Source of the DNA: Catajapyx aquilonaris
Taxonomy: Eukaryota
Assembly (NCBI GenBank): GCA_000934665.2
Contig: KZ538165.1
Location: 62,001 to 114,552, forward strand
Length of the DNA: 52,552 nt
Reading direction: 5' to 3'
Each line of letters opens with the position of its first letter. Position 1 is the first letter of the stretch. The translations under genes were made by a program, and so were the position numbers. Of this stretch, positions 1-13,137 are shown piece by piece. Below the pieces are notes generated by a model. That model made no database searches. It saw nothing but the letters and a program-made list of their open reading frames with translations, and was not told the DNA's origin.

Positions 1-1714
1 ATGTTAGGACTTAACTGTCACCCAAATTCATCAAATGTGATTGAATTGATTGATATTATGCCCTTCACCTATGCAAATGGTTCATAAATCCCAATGTTTA
101 AGAGTCAAGTGACAGAAGATGAGAAGAGCCATGCCACACACATCAAGCCAGAGTCAATTAATCAATAAAATCATGACATTTTGGGCACAATAGCAAATTA
201 TTGCAATGATTAGAATAAGTATGCACATCTATTTGTAACTGACACTGTAACAAAATTCAGCAAGTCTATACAGGGTTCGGATATTTAATCTACCGTCGCT
301 TTGAGAAATAATAGAGGTGTTCTTGGCGGTCACTTTGAGTATATGCAACATCGGTCTCCGATGCATAGTTACCAAGATAATTAGCATTAAATAAAAAGTG
401 CAATATCTCAGCTTATAGGTTTCGGATACTGCTTACGACACTTCCATCGCCTAGGTCAGCCTAGGCCTTCCTGTGCTTGGGAAAGGAAGTTGAATAATCA
501 AAAACAGCATATTTTCCCACCGAGGGGGGCAAGAAATGCTCCGTTATACTCGACGTGAGGTGAAAATAAGTCAGTTACGTCAGGAGTAAAAATACACAGG
601 GCCTTATGGAAGTATGGCGGGACCGACCTTTCGAGTCTGTAATAACCGAAAGTCTGAGGCTGTTATATCCGGAGTCAACTGTAGGCCTATATGCATTTAA
701 AATTTGCAAAATTGCCCCATATCAAATTACTACAGGTGATGTCAGGAACTTCAGATATTTAACAAATTAAATAATAATTACCTACAGTTACTGGCATCTC
801 TGGCAATTTTAAATATGAAATAATTGCAAATTTGCGAATTTCAAAAGTAGATTTGCTAACATTCGGAACAGATTAGACAAGAAACTACCGAGTTTCACTT
901 TTGCTTCTTTCATTATTAGGAACAATTCCCACCAAAAATTGTGACATTTAAAAAATCCAGGCAGGGTTCCTTTTTTTAAGCATGTGGGATTTATGAGCCA
1001 CTCCATTAAATCCTTCTGGACAGGACCTTCTTGCTATTTTTTCACATTTTTGGAAAAAAAAATCCTGATGTTGTCCCATGAGGAAGACTCGATGGCAGGG
1101 ATATTCAACTAGTTTATGACAAGGTCCAGTATTTACCTTTCCTGCCCCCCCCCCCCCCCCCCCCCCNNNNNNNNNNNNNNNNNNNNNNNNNNNNNNNNNN
1201 NNNNNNNNNNNNNNNNNNNNNNNNNNNNNNNNNNNNCACAGGTGCGTAGGCAGAAGAATTTCGGAGGGGGGGCCCATTTCGTAAGCACAAGGTGAACCAG
1301 CCGCAAAGGGCGGGGAATGAGCCCGCCACAGGCTAAATTTTTTTTTTTTTTGGGGGGGGGGGGGGGGGTTCAAGGTCACACGAGCTTAGGTGAATGTGGG
1401 AGATTTGAATGGGTCTGTATTTGATGAAATTGGTAGCCCTTTTTTCCAAAAAATCATGAATTAGTAATTTATATTATGCTATTTCAAACTGTCCTGTATA
1501 TTGTCGCGGTCCAGACAAAATTGCGTCACGGTCCGGATCCGGACCGTGGTCCACCAGTTGAATAGCCCTGCTCTATGGTATGTTATGCTGATATTGACAC
1601 TGGATCGTGACACACTCCTATGGCCATCTATTGAAGCATATCTCGCAAAGAAGGCTGAGATTTTGAAAGGTCCTCGTGACATGGTATCACACATTACATG
1701 CAGCAGTATTTTAA

Positions 1715-2549
1715 GGGGGCACTACAGTCAAAATCAAGGGTTTTGTAAAAAATCGCCCCCCAAAAAATCCATTCGAGACAAGAAGTTGGGACTTCATTTT
1801 CATGAATGTACATAATTCAAAGACCTATTAGCGCCTATAATCGAATCATGTTCGCATGTTGAAGGGCCTCCAGGGCCGAGTGACGTGGCCACTGTCGACA
1901 CGATTTAGGATGCTGGAGTCAACCTACAACCGTCAGATAGGACCTCAGGCTTCCTTGAGCATGTAGTTTTCCATTGACCTAGAATTATAATTTTTGAAAT
2001 TGTTTTAGTATTTTTTTTGACGATTTCAGAAAGATAACTCAGTTTTGAGAAAACATTTAATTAATTTAAAATAGAAGTAGTTCGAGCAGGGTAAATCTTT
2101 TAGGCCACTGGACAGCGCCATGTTTGAGGATAAATCTGGTGAAGTGGGAAGTCCGCAGCTAAATTTTTGTGGCCTGGGCGATGTCGACAGTGTCCAAATC
2201 TCGCAAACGGAGAAAAACGCGTTGAAAGTTAAAAGTAGGGTAACGTAACAGAGCGATAATGCGATTAAAAAAAAAAACCCGTCAGTGTCACACATATGCG
2301 CTGTTGACAGCAGGACGGGTGTAGTGACTCTGCGTCCGCGCGGGAGCAGCACCTGATAGCGCTCACGCCAGCGGGTAGGTGGGGAGAGGAGGGGGAACCG
2401 AAGGTCGTTGCCAGGCATCCGCTCCTGACACGCTAATTTTTTGAATTTCGTGACGCAATTTGCCGTGTTCGACGCAGAAAAAGACGCTTGATTTTTTCAA
2501 AAATAAAAATAAAACCAAATTTTTGAAGGTCGATGATTGTAGTGCCCCC
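1715..2549. mobile_element. Non-autonomous Kolobok-like DNA transposon
   Basis: TTAA|GGGGGCACTACA...TGTAGTGCCCCC|TTAA: TTAA TSD with purine-starting TIR. Confidence 0.75.
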
Positions 2550-3270
2550 TTAAACATATTTTCCCACTCCTACGAAGTTCATAGAAGTGCTTCAGTATCA
2601 TCACATGGTGGTGCTGATCACCAGGGTCCCAACTCTCCCATTTGGAAAAACTCTGGTGGGTTAGCTACAAACCAATAACTGGACCCCAAGTCCTGTGAAA
2701 AAGGCTCCAAATCAGCATGTCCCCAAGTCACGCACCCTCCTCCGCAACCTCAAAGCAGGCCGCAGATGACATCTCAATAATCAGTCAAGCAGGCATACAG
2801 GAAGGGACGTTTGAATTGCCACATCAACACAGCACTCCTGAGAAATCACAAGCTGCAGGAGGTGTGGCTAGCAGTAATTGTGTAGGTAGTAACAACTGGT
2901 TTAATTTTTTAACAAGCTAAACTCAGTTTCAATTTTGGGTGGGAAATGCTAACAAGGTTTGGGTCAAGCCTTCTATGCTATGGCTGCCTAGATGAACCAT
3001 GTATCTTTCCAGGATTTTTTCCTCGTGAGGCAGAAAATGTCAAGACTGTAAAATTCTGTAGCCACTTTTTGTCAACATAAAATTGTGATTTTTTAAACCC
3101 CACCATAGCTCAGTGAAAAAGTAGCACAGAAATGGCATTACTCTGGATAAAACGCTTACCCTGGATAAAACTCTTACTCTGTATAATTCACTGGTACACC
3201 ATAGTTACCAGCTGTCCATTAGGTGTTAACATGCTCCAATAAATTAATGCCCAGACATACAAAGAAGATT

Positions 3271-3334
3271 TTACACACGCTGGATTTCAAACAGCTTCAC
3301 ATCTGTGTCATACCAAATGGGAGGATCCATATTC
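3271..3334 (-). CDS. HID1: HID1 last coding exon (NMDPPIWYDTDVKLFEIQRV*)
   Basis: TTTTAG acceptor, TAA stop at 3273-3271. Confidence 0.96.
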
Positions 3335-6300
3335 CTAAAATAAATAAAAAAGTGTTATGAGTATCACCTCATTTCTATCTGAACCACACAGTTTATACCT
3401 GAGGTAAATAACCCCCCACATGTAGGTCCGGAACCACATTGTGGTACCACTGTTTGCTTGGTACTTGCGAATGAGGATAGGATGGGGAACAGGCAGAAGT
3501 CCAACTAGTGTTCCATGCTGCAAGAACTTGAGAATCTCACTCTCATCAGTTAATCCCCTGGAAAGTAAAATTAGAATTTTTGTCTCAATACTATTCCAAA
3601 CTTCAGCATTCATCTATAATATATTGATGGGTTTTAATGTGGAAAATATCATCAGAGTCAAGTACAATTCTGCTACATCCAATGGCGCACAAGCTTCAGG
3701 TAGCGAGATTCCTTGTGAAAAACCAGTATATGGAAGTGAAGGTCCTACTGCTCTCCGATGCGTGGTTAGGGCTCAAGAGGTCTCCAAAGTTTGGGCCAAA
3801 TCATGATGTCACATCCGCCCACGAAATTCAAAACACTACCGTATCGCTACTGTGTGCTGTGTGTTGCCAAGTTGACATCCCCCACATTTCCACCCAACAA
3901 TGGAACCATATAAACTCGCTGGGACGTTGCCAGGCACGCGGTGACGACGGTATGGCAATGCCTGGCAACGTCCCAGCGAGTTTATATGGTTCCATTGTTG
4001 GGTGGAAATGTGGGGGATGTCAACTTGGCAACACACAGCACACAGTAGCGATACGGTAGTGTTTTGAATTTCGTGGGCGGATGTGACGTCATGTTTGGCC
4101 CAAACTTTGGAGACCTCATGAGCCCTAACCACGCATCGTAGAGCAGTAGGACTTTCACTTCCATATACTAGTTTTTCACAAGAAATCTCGCTACTTGAAG
4201 CTTGTGCGCCATTTACCGACCACCCTGTATACAGTTATACAAGGTCCTTCTTACTAGGAGGTCCAATGGCAGTCAGCATATTCCATGGCCCATTCCATGT
4301 CATAAATGTGTGGGGGTGTTTGTGCGAGCAATCTTTGACAATGGATTCCCCTGAGACAAATGCGTCCAGCCACCCAGCAGCTTTTTTTGCAGGGAATGCA
4401 GCAAACCTATCTACTCTGGCTATTGCAGTGGTTGCAGGATATGATCCTGTTGATGGAACTGAGCAAAGACGTAACTTACAGTTAGCCAGATCCTGTCAGT
4501 TATTCTGAGTATACTGAACCAAATGTATATATGGTCAATCTGAATGGAAGGTATTGAAGTTCAGTGAAAGTGGAATTAGTTAGACTGTTTATTACCCCCA
4601 GAACACTGGGGAAAGGAATAGACAAACCAAGTGCTCAAAAAATCTTGACAATGGTGAGCCAGTCAATTTAGACATTGTTGTCACTAATTGCAATGTAAAA
4701 CTAATGTAACTTGGCATGATGAAAAGCATGTGGTGGGCCTAGCCTTATTGAGGGTGTAGTTCACAAGCATGGACATTTGACTACAAGTTATCAATAATGG
4801 GAATTTGATCATGCACAATATAAAATACGAGGGCACATCAATAAAGAATGAGAATGGTTTTTTTTACATATCACGTTGTGGTCATACGGTGGCGAAACAA
4901 TTTTTTGGGGGGAACATCAGGTTTTGTGGGATTTGATAAAAAATTGTGAGCTTGTATGCGCATGCTTCGGATAGCATTGAGCCACAGAGTATGCATGGTG
5001 GGAATTCACCTAACTAAAATGGAGTAAGTTCGGGATGAGCAGTACGCTTCAAAGTCTGGTAGCGGAGTAGGTGAGGCCTGCCTGAATACAATTATTACAG
5101 GTGTTTAGAGTTGGCTTCACCACTACAATCCTGAATGCAAACAGGCGAGCTCAGTCTGAAAATCACCCAGTAAGTTCTCTGACGCTGAAGAAGACTGAGG
5201 TTGTTGGGTCGGCAGGAAAGGCCATGACCATTACCTTCTTCGAATCCCAGGGAATGGTTTACCAGTATGAAGTGCCCCTCCATACAACAGTCACTGATAA
5301 GTAATTACGTGACAGTTTTGAAGGTCCTGGCCGAACACATCCGACGAAAGCGCCCTTAGCTGCATCCTGCCTGCACCAGGATAGTGCATGGCCACACGTT
5401 GCCAACGTTGTTGCCCAATATTTGACCCAACGAAACATCAAATGTGTGCCACACAGCCCGGACCTAGCTCCCTGCACTGTTTTCTGTTCTCTTGTCTGAA
5501 GTCGGTACTGCAGGGCCACCGTTTTGGATCATCAACAGCCATTATGAAGAAGGCGGAGGAGGTTCTGAAGATGATGTCAAAAAACGGGTTCTAGCCTGTC
5601 TTCCACGACTGCCATAAATGTTGGGCTAAGTGCATACAACTCAATGGGGACTATGTAGAAAAACACAATATCAACCTGGCCCCTGCTTAAAGTATTCCGT
5701 GAAAAATAAATTCTTTCTCATTCTTTATTGACTTGCCCTCGTACATCCAGAGTAAAAGACAGCAGAAAGCAACATGACAGCTTTCACAAATTCAGAGAAT
5801 GATGACATGCAACTACAGGGGCTGTTTCACATCTATGGTAGCAAATTTTAAATGGCAGTAGAGAAGTACCATGGCGAGATGGGCCTTGGTGAAAAGCCCA
5901 GACCAGAACACATTGGCACCGCTTGCAAGAAGGCTGCATAGTGCGGCATGGCTCCAAAAGCAGCTCCTTTTTGGGAAGGATACATTGTTGCTCTTTCCAA
6001 CATGGAATACATGTAGTCAGATCAGAAAGATTTTACCATGTCAGACAATGGTATCAATGCAGTGTTGAATCGCAACAAAAACACCACATCATCTGTTGTT
6101 GGTACCTCAGGACACAGCCAAAAAAGACACCCCACACTGCGCCGAACACCGGAGGTGATGAAGAAAGTGACGGTAATGGTGACAAAGACCCAAAGGCACA
6201 TCGCAGCACATGTGGGAGTGTCCCCGTCAACTGTTCATCGCAAGACCTGAACTTGGAAGAACGCCACAAAGCCAAAGTTCATGCGCTGAAACCGAGCCAC

Positions 6301-9300
6301 ATTGCAGAGCGCAAGCCCAACTGCAGAAAGCCGCATGAGAGACATTTAGCTGGTGAAAGATAAAACGTGTGTCACTGGATGAAGCAAGGGTGCACTTAAC
6401 TGACTGCAACAAGGTTCTGGCCTTTTACTAAACTGCAATTCAATTGGCAACTCCAATTCAGATTGGGTGCGCCAGTGCAAAGAAACTTATGCATGTGGTT
6501 TCATGGTAGTGGCGGGATACTGCCCGAGAGGCAAGGTCACTGTACAGAGTTGGCAACAAGGCCACGGTAAGTTCTGCCTGCAACCAGAGGAACGTACTGG
6601 CACCATTGCATCGACATGATATCCCTCGGCTGCATGGTTGGGGCACTTCAAAGGTGTTGATGCACCAAGATAAGCGTCAAGTCATGCATCTCAATCGACG
6701 GTGGAGATTGAAACTGGGAAACTGACCTCTGAAAACCCTGCCAAATCTCCTGATACCACTCACATGGATTTCTACTGGTTTGGTCTGCCAAAAAAGGCCC
6801 TCACGAGGAGACCCCCCTGGTCTCTGGCAAGCATTCGGAAAGTAATTCAGGTGGGGTGGGACAAAATGGACCCTCCTGCTCTAAAAATAAGTCTCATGAA
6901 ATGGAAGCTTTGATGTTGGGCAACAGTCCGAATACAGGGGTATCACATAGAACAGCATCGGTGATGGAGAAAGGTTTCACACATGGTAATTCTGAATCGC
7001 AATTTGCTACCATAGAGGTGAAAGACCCTGTAGCACTTGGTGCGAATGCAGCTTTCACTGAACTTCAATACTCAGTCTTCCATTTAGTTTGACCACATAT
7101 GAATCATTCATTTCAGTCTGTGGGAGATAACTAGCAGGATCTGGCAAGGTCACCTCTTTCTTCAGGTGCATCAACATCCGGATCATATCCTTCCACTTCC
7201 AAAGGCAACCACTGCACAAGCTGGTGGGCAGATGCATTTGTCCAAGGGGAACCCAAATCTCCATCATCATTTACGTCGTGAAGGGTTACTCCCTGAACAT
7301 TTCTCCCTCCCACATTATTGACGTTTGAACCAAGAAATACACTGACTGCCATTGGACCTACTAGTAAGAAAGTTTGACACAAGATCCACAAAGTGAAGTC
7401 TTTGCCAGAAAGTTCTATAGACCAATCAAGAAGTGAAAGTGTGAGCAGTGTTAAGTGATATTGCCATAGCCTACATGCATAGGCGATGGCCTGCAGTTGA
7501 TTTTGATATGTCTATGCTTTGAATGGGCCCCCAAAATTGGTAAGGGTGAAGGAAAAAGGCAGCCAACTTCACAAACAATGTACAGTATATGCACGTCTCT
7601 TACCCAAAACGCTGGGTTTACATGCACTCCACAGTTAACGAGTTTTTGAGGCATAACTTGTATGAAACGTATGGGTGATAACCTCCACGTAAAAACTCGT
7701 TAACATGTAAGAAATGAAACACATGTGCCAATGGTTTGATTGAGTTCATACACAAGGGTCATGATGGTTGCATATGATGGGCCACCCAATACACAATGGA
7801 AGTGATATTACACGCACCCACGCCACATGATATAAGCGCTGTTTGTCCATGTGTGTTTGCAAGCAAACGTAACTCCCATGATTCTCAGCCCATCTTCGCT
7901 ATAAGAGGCAGGAGAAACCGCCGGCCATGACTCATCACTGCGAAGAAACATGGAGAGAAGAAGGTTGCCTGTTGCACTAAGGAAGAAGGTCATCAAAAAG
8001 CGTCAGGATGGTGTGCCTCTTTAGCAGATAGGCCGGGAACTTTTAAGTTCCAGATTCTACAATACGCACATTCCTAAAGCAGAATGACACTACCAGAACA
8101 GTTGAGTGGAAGAAAAGTCCAGGGCCACTAAAGTCGACAACAGCACAAGACCAGACGCTGCGCTAGATTGTCAGGAAAAACAGACCAAGAACTTTTGCAG
8201 AGGCTGCAGTATTATGGCAGGAAAGCCTGGGGAGTCCATTTTCGGCAAAAATAATCATGAAGAGGCTGAAGGACATGGGGTACATGTCCTAGAAGTCAAA
8301 GGGGAAACCACTCCTCACCCGAGTCCAGAAGAAATGGCACTACCAATGGGCGCGGGACCACGTGAGCTGGCCTTCTGTGTAGCCTGGCAACGGCGGGTGC
8401 GGAGGCTGATTGGCTCACTGTTTCGTGCCTGATTTATAGCTGCGCCGTTACTCGGAATGGAACTGCAGAAATGAAATGAAATTTTGTGCTCTTCTGCTTG
8501 GGTCAGGGATGGAGTTGCACTTTGTGTTGGTGATGCTATATGGCTTTGTTACCGAAACTGTGTTGTGGCCCTGCCAGGCACGGTTCGTCACCCTGCTGGA
8601 TAATTTTAGTTAATGTGGAGTTGGGCGTTTATTGTGTTTTGTATCCACAACATTCACTGTCCGTCTTGTGGTGCTGCGAACGAACGTTATTGTGGCTCTA
8701 ATGCTAGTGAGATCTTGCGAACTGGGGGGTGGTTTCCTCTTTGACTTGAAGGACCTGTACCCCATGTCATTCACCCTCTTCATAATTTTTTGCTGAAAAT
8801 GAACTCCTCAGGCCTCCCTGCCACAATGCTACAGCCTCCACAAAGGTTCTTGGTCTCTTATTCCTGACAATGCAGCGCAGCGTCCGGTCTTCTCGTGCTG
8901 TTGTCGACTTTAGTGGCCCCAGACTTTTCTTCCGCTCAACTGTTCCGGTGGTGTTGTACTGCTTTAGGAATGTGCGTATTGTATAATCTGGAACTTAAAA
9001 GTTCCCAGCCTATCTGCCAAAGTGGAACACCATCCCAAAGCCTTTTGATGATGATATTCCTTAGTGCAACAGGCAACCCTCTTCTCTCCATGTTTCTTCG
9101 CTGTGATGAGTCATGGCCGGCGGTTTCTCCTGCCTCTTATAGCAAAGATGGGCTGAGAATCATGGGAGTTACGTTTGCTTGCAAACACACATGGACACAC
9201 AGCGCTTATATCATGTGACGGGGGGGTGCAAGTAATATCACCTCCCCTGTGTGCTGTGTGCTGGGTGGCCCATCATATGCACCCATTAGGCCTATCACGG

Positions 9301-9302
9301 GG

Positions 9303-9351
<49 letters not shown>

Positions 9352-12300
9352 TATGCACCCATCATGACCCTTGCGTATGAAGCGAATCAAACCATTGGCA
9401 CATGCGTTTCATTTCTTACCTGTTAACACGTGTTTTTACGCGGAGGTTATCACTGACCCATACATTTCGTACAAGCTATGCCGCAAAAACTCGCCAACTG
9501 TGGGGTGCGCGTAAACACAGGGATTTGGGTAAAGTATAATAGCCTTCCATGTAATTGCAATGCTACTTACTTGTCTATGCAGATTTTCTCCACTTGTGGC
9601 ACTAACACTTGTAACAGGCGTACTATGGTCTGAAGGGGCAGTTTGGATTTCCATGTCAGGATCCATTCAGATGTTGGGGCCCACTGACGCATTCCATCAC
9701 CCTGCGTAAGGTTGAACTTTAGCTTAGATAAAACAGAACAATTAACATTCACATAATCTTTTCCTTTTTGATAAATAAGCATTTGCCTCAGAGGGACTAA
9801 CGCCTGGTAGTATCAATGCATATTAAGGGACAAGATCTCATTAGTTATTACTGATATTACAAATTATCTGATTTTATCCTTTAATTTACATTAATTCAAC
9901 TGGGCCTAACAGTGCATATCATGGCTGAGGATAGGGAGGCGGAGTGGTGCTGCGGTAACGTATGCGCCCACTGATGTTAAGGGGGGGATAAAGAGAATTT
10001 GGGAGTAAAGTTCTCGGTAACTAACAACAGCAGAACTGATTTTTTTTTTGTGTAAGTGTAACTGACCTCTCTCTTACACATGTACACTGTACTTTTCCCA
10101 TACTCTTAATGTAGTATTATAAAAAGTCATTTGCATTCGGGAGTAATTTACGCAGTCGTAAAATTTTAAGTTATGTCGTAACAAGCACTCAAAAATGCGG
10201 AAAAATGAGGTGCTCCGGACCAACAAAGCCGATTTTTATGTATAGCTATAGGTTTTTGGCAAATAATAATTTTGTCAAAATTTGACTGATTTGAGAACTA
10301 CTAAAAGTTGGGGGAACCCTAATTTTCACGGATTTTATTGTGCCTCAAGGGAATGGTCAATCCCAAAAGCGACCCTTTCTTTTGTGTACGGAGCATAGGA
10401 TCCACTGTCTCCTCTTTCGGCCGGAGTTGGAACTCGAAGAAGGAACAAATTCTCTTGATCTCCTCCTTAAGGTCCCGGGTTCGATCCCAGCCCGGGGACA
10501 CCCCCTTCATCTCGTGCAGAGTTCAGGGTCGCCTCTGGCTTCGTCTCGGGTGGTATTTCCTAAAGACTAAACCACCCGGGGGAGTTCACTAAAAATGGCC
10601 ACATTAAGACATTGCCCTGCACCTTGCACATCCCCTCCTGTCACCCTGCCCGTGGGCCCGGGCGCTACGTTATCAGGTCCTGATGTATACAAATGTATAT
10701 GAGTAATAAAGGTCCGTGCCATATAACTCGTAAGGAGTTCGTGCACTACCCGGATTATTTATTATTTATTATTTTTATGGCTGAAGATATTCCACCTTGA
10801 CTATTAGAACCCAGTGTCAGGAACCTTACCAATCTGATGACATTTTACAAAAAACTTCAAATATTGGCCAGGATATCACAACTGGAAATTTTCTGGAATG
10901 ATCCTAATGCAAAACAGTAGGGTACCAGATGCAGAACCTAAATGGCTTCATTCCTCAAACAACACATACTGTAAGTCATCGTAGTGCCTACCTGTGAGAG
11001 AGATCTAGGAAGTGTTTTCACACTCATGTGATGCTTTGGTGAATTGGCTCCAGACTGTCCTGATCCCTCTGAAGCGCTTGATTTTTGGGACAATGTGGGT
11101 GATCCTGCTGCCACTGGCTGGGAGGGGGCAAGGGGTTGAAAGTTGGATAAAGAAACTTCGCATGTCCCAGATCAAAGTGTGACCTATCAATTTCTATGGT
11201 TGTTATGATGCTTAGGAAGTTTTAACCAGGGTAAAATCAACTCTCATTTTCTCCAACCTTTCCTGGACCTTAATTAAGAACATTTTGTTCTTGTTTCAAC
11301 TGGAGCCCTTTCTCCAATGAAATTAAAGATCAGATTTGTCATCCTGCATTCCATAATCATATTCACCGCAGTTTATAATGTGAAATGGATGTAGCAAGTA
11401 TTGTACTTTTTCTGTGTTTCATAATCTCTCTCTAATCTCAATGACCCAGTTTCCTAACAGCTTTACTTTCTGAGTCTGAAAATATTATCATAGTGCTATA
11501 TCCTCCTGAGACCCGAGAAGAATTGAGAGCCGCAATGTCAGTTCCTATTGCATTTTCTGAACATTTTCTCAATAAGAAACGCGAAAAATTTTATAATTCT
11601 AAAATATTGACAAAAATAATGACAAACAACCAATGAGAACATTAAGACCCAATTGCTGCTACAAAAGCAGAACTGATGAAAGATGAAAATTTAAATGCCA
11701 CTTGATGGATCACTAACATAGTGCTCTATCCTCCAAACAATGTTTTTTAAATGCAGTTGTGGAATTCAAGGAAGAAATTTATCTCAGAAGACAATTAAAG
11801 ATAAACTGCAATTATTTTTGAATTCCACCAGCACTCCAGGCATGGGGCTTGCTCCTTCCCTTCCTACCCCCTAGCATGGTACTTCGCTATTCTAGATTTT
11901 AAAACTGAACTGTAGTCCAAAGCATACTACTTCCTTGTGGGTGTATAGTACAGGCACTTAAAGAAAAGTCACAGCCCATTCAGCTAAAAAAAACTTTTTT
12001 TCGGATGTCCATTTAAATGGACATTTGGTCTCAGGAAGAAAAGAAAATCACCAGTTCTCTACAGCCACAAAGATTGTCAGAGACACATCTTTTAGTACTT
12101 CGTAATACACATTCCTTGCGAATAGAAGGACATTCTGCATTGATGAAAATCGCACTCTAAATATGAGTTTTAAAAAATTACATTAGGATGTGTCGGGGAC
12201 ACAAGCAGCAGCTTTTGCGGCCTCAACCTACATTATGTTTCACTTTTCTTGACTATAATGGCAGGGGCATGCAGGCGTGGATACGTCTTTAAAATCGGAT

Positions 12301-13077
12301 CAGGGGGCATGCAGGCAAACTCGAGCGTTACATAAAAGAGTTACAGAAAAGCGTTAACCAGCTGCCACCCCCCTTTGCATGCTCCCGACATGGGCCCCCT
12401 GGCAGGGCCCTGCTGTAACGCTTTTCTGTAACGCTCGAGTTTGCCTGATCCGATTTTAAAGACGTATCCACGTCAAAATAAAACTTATCAGATTAGCGCC
12501 TAGCTTCAGCAGTGGCATCCGCTGTTTTCATGAGTGATTTAATTTTCACTGCCAAAGTCAGATATTCAACACTAGGTGGCTACACCTATTGAGGCCAGAT
12601 TGTAACCATGATATACCAACAGATTACAGTTCTGTTGGCATCACTAGTTGGCGCCAAAATATTTTCCTGATGTTGACATATGACGACATCATGTCTCAGG
12701 AGGATATTATGGATTCTGGTATACACTCAATCTTCAGTTGTTAAAGGTAGAGTGACTTCACATGTCACTCTCTACAGGTCAGAAAGGTTGATGCCTGGTT
12801 GCAGAAATTAAGATAGCTTAACACAGGGTTGGCATGATTATAATCAATTGATTATAATCATGATTATAATCAACTGATTAATAATGAAAAATCTTGATTA
12901 TAATCAACTGATTAATAATGAAAAATCTTGATTATAATCAACTGATTAATAATGAAAAATCTTGATTATAATCAACTGATTAATAATGAAAAATCTTGAT
13001 TATAATCAACTGATTAATAATGAAAAATCTTGATTATAATCAACTGATTAATAATGAAAAATCTTGATTATAATCCC

Positions 13078-13137
<60 letters not shown>

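Noticed and set aside
271..960. TA|CAGGGTTCGG possible transposon left end
   Set aside because: No matching right TIR found, so boundaries are unsupported.
3637..4164. Near-identical ORFs on opposite strands (also 7808-7996 vs 8895-9218)
   Set aside because: Mirror translations of inverted-repeat arms.
9175..9426. ORF with poly-Ile tract
   Set aside because: Translation of the (TAA/ATA)n retroposon tail.
10830..11690. CTGATGA motifs suggesting hammerhead ribozymes (also CTGACGA near 45347)
   Set aside because: No stem II plus GAAA core and closing helices could be built by eye.
12862..13074. Regular 34-bp repeats resembling a CRISPR array
   Set aside because: No unique spacers, eukaryotic intron, and located inside a hAT element.
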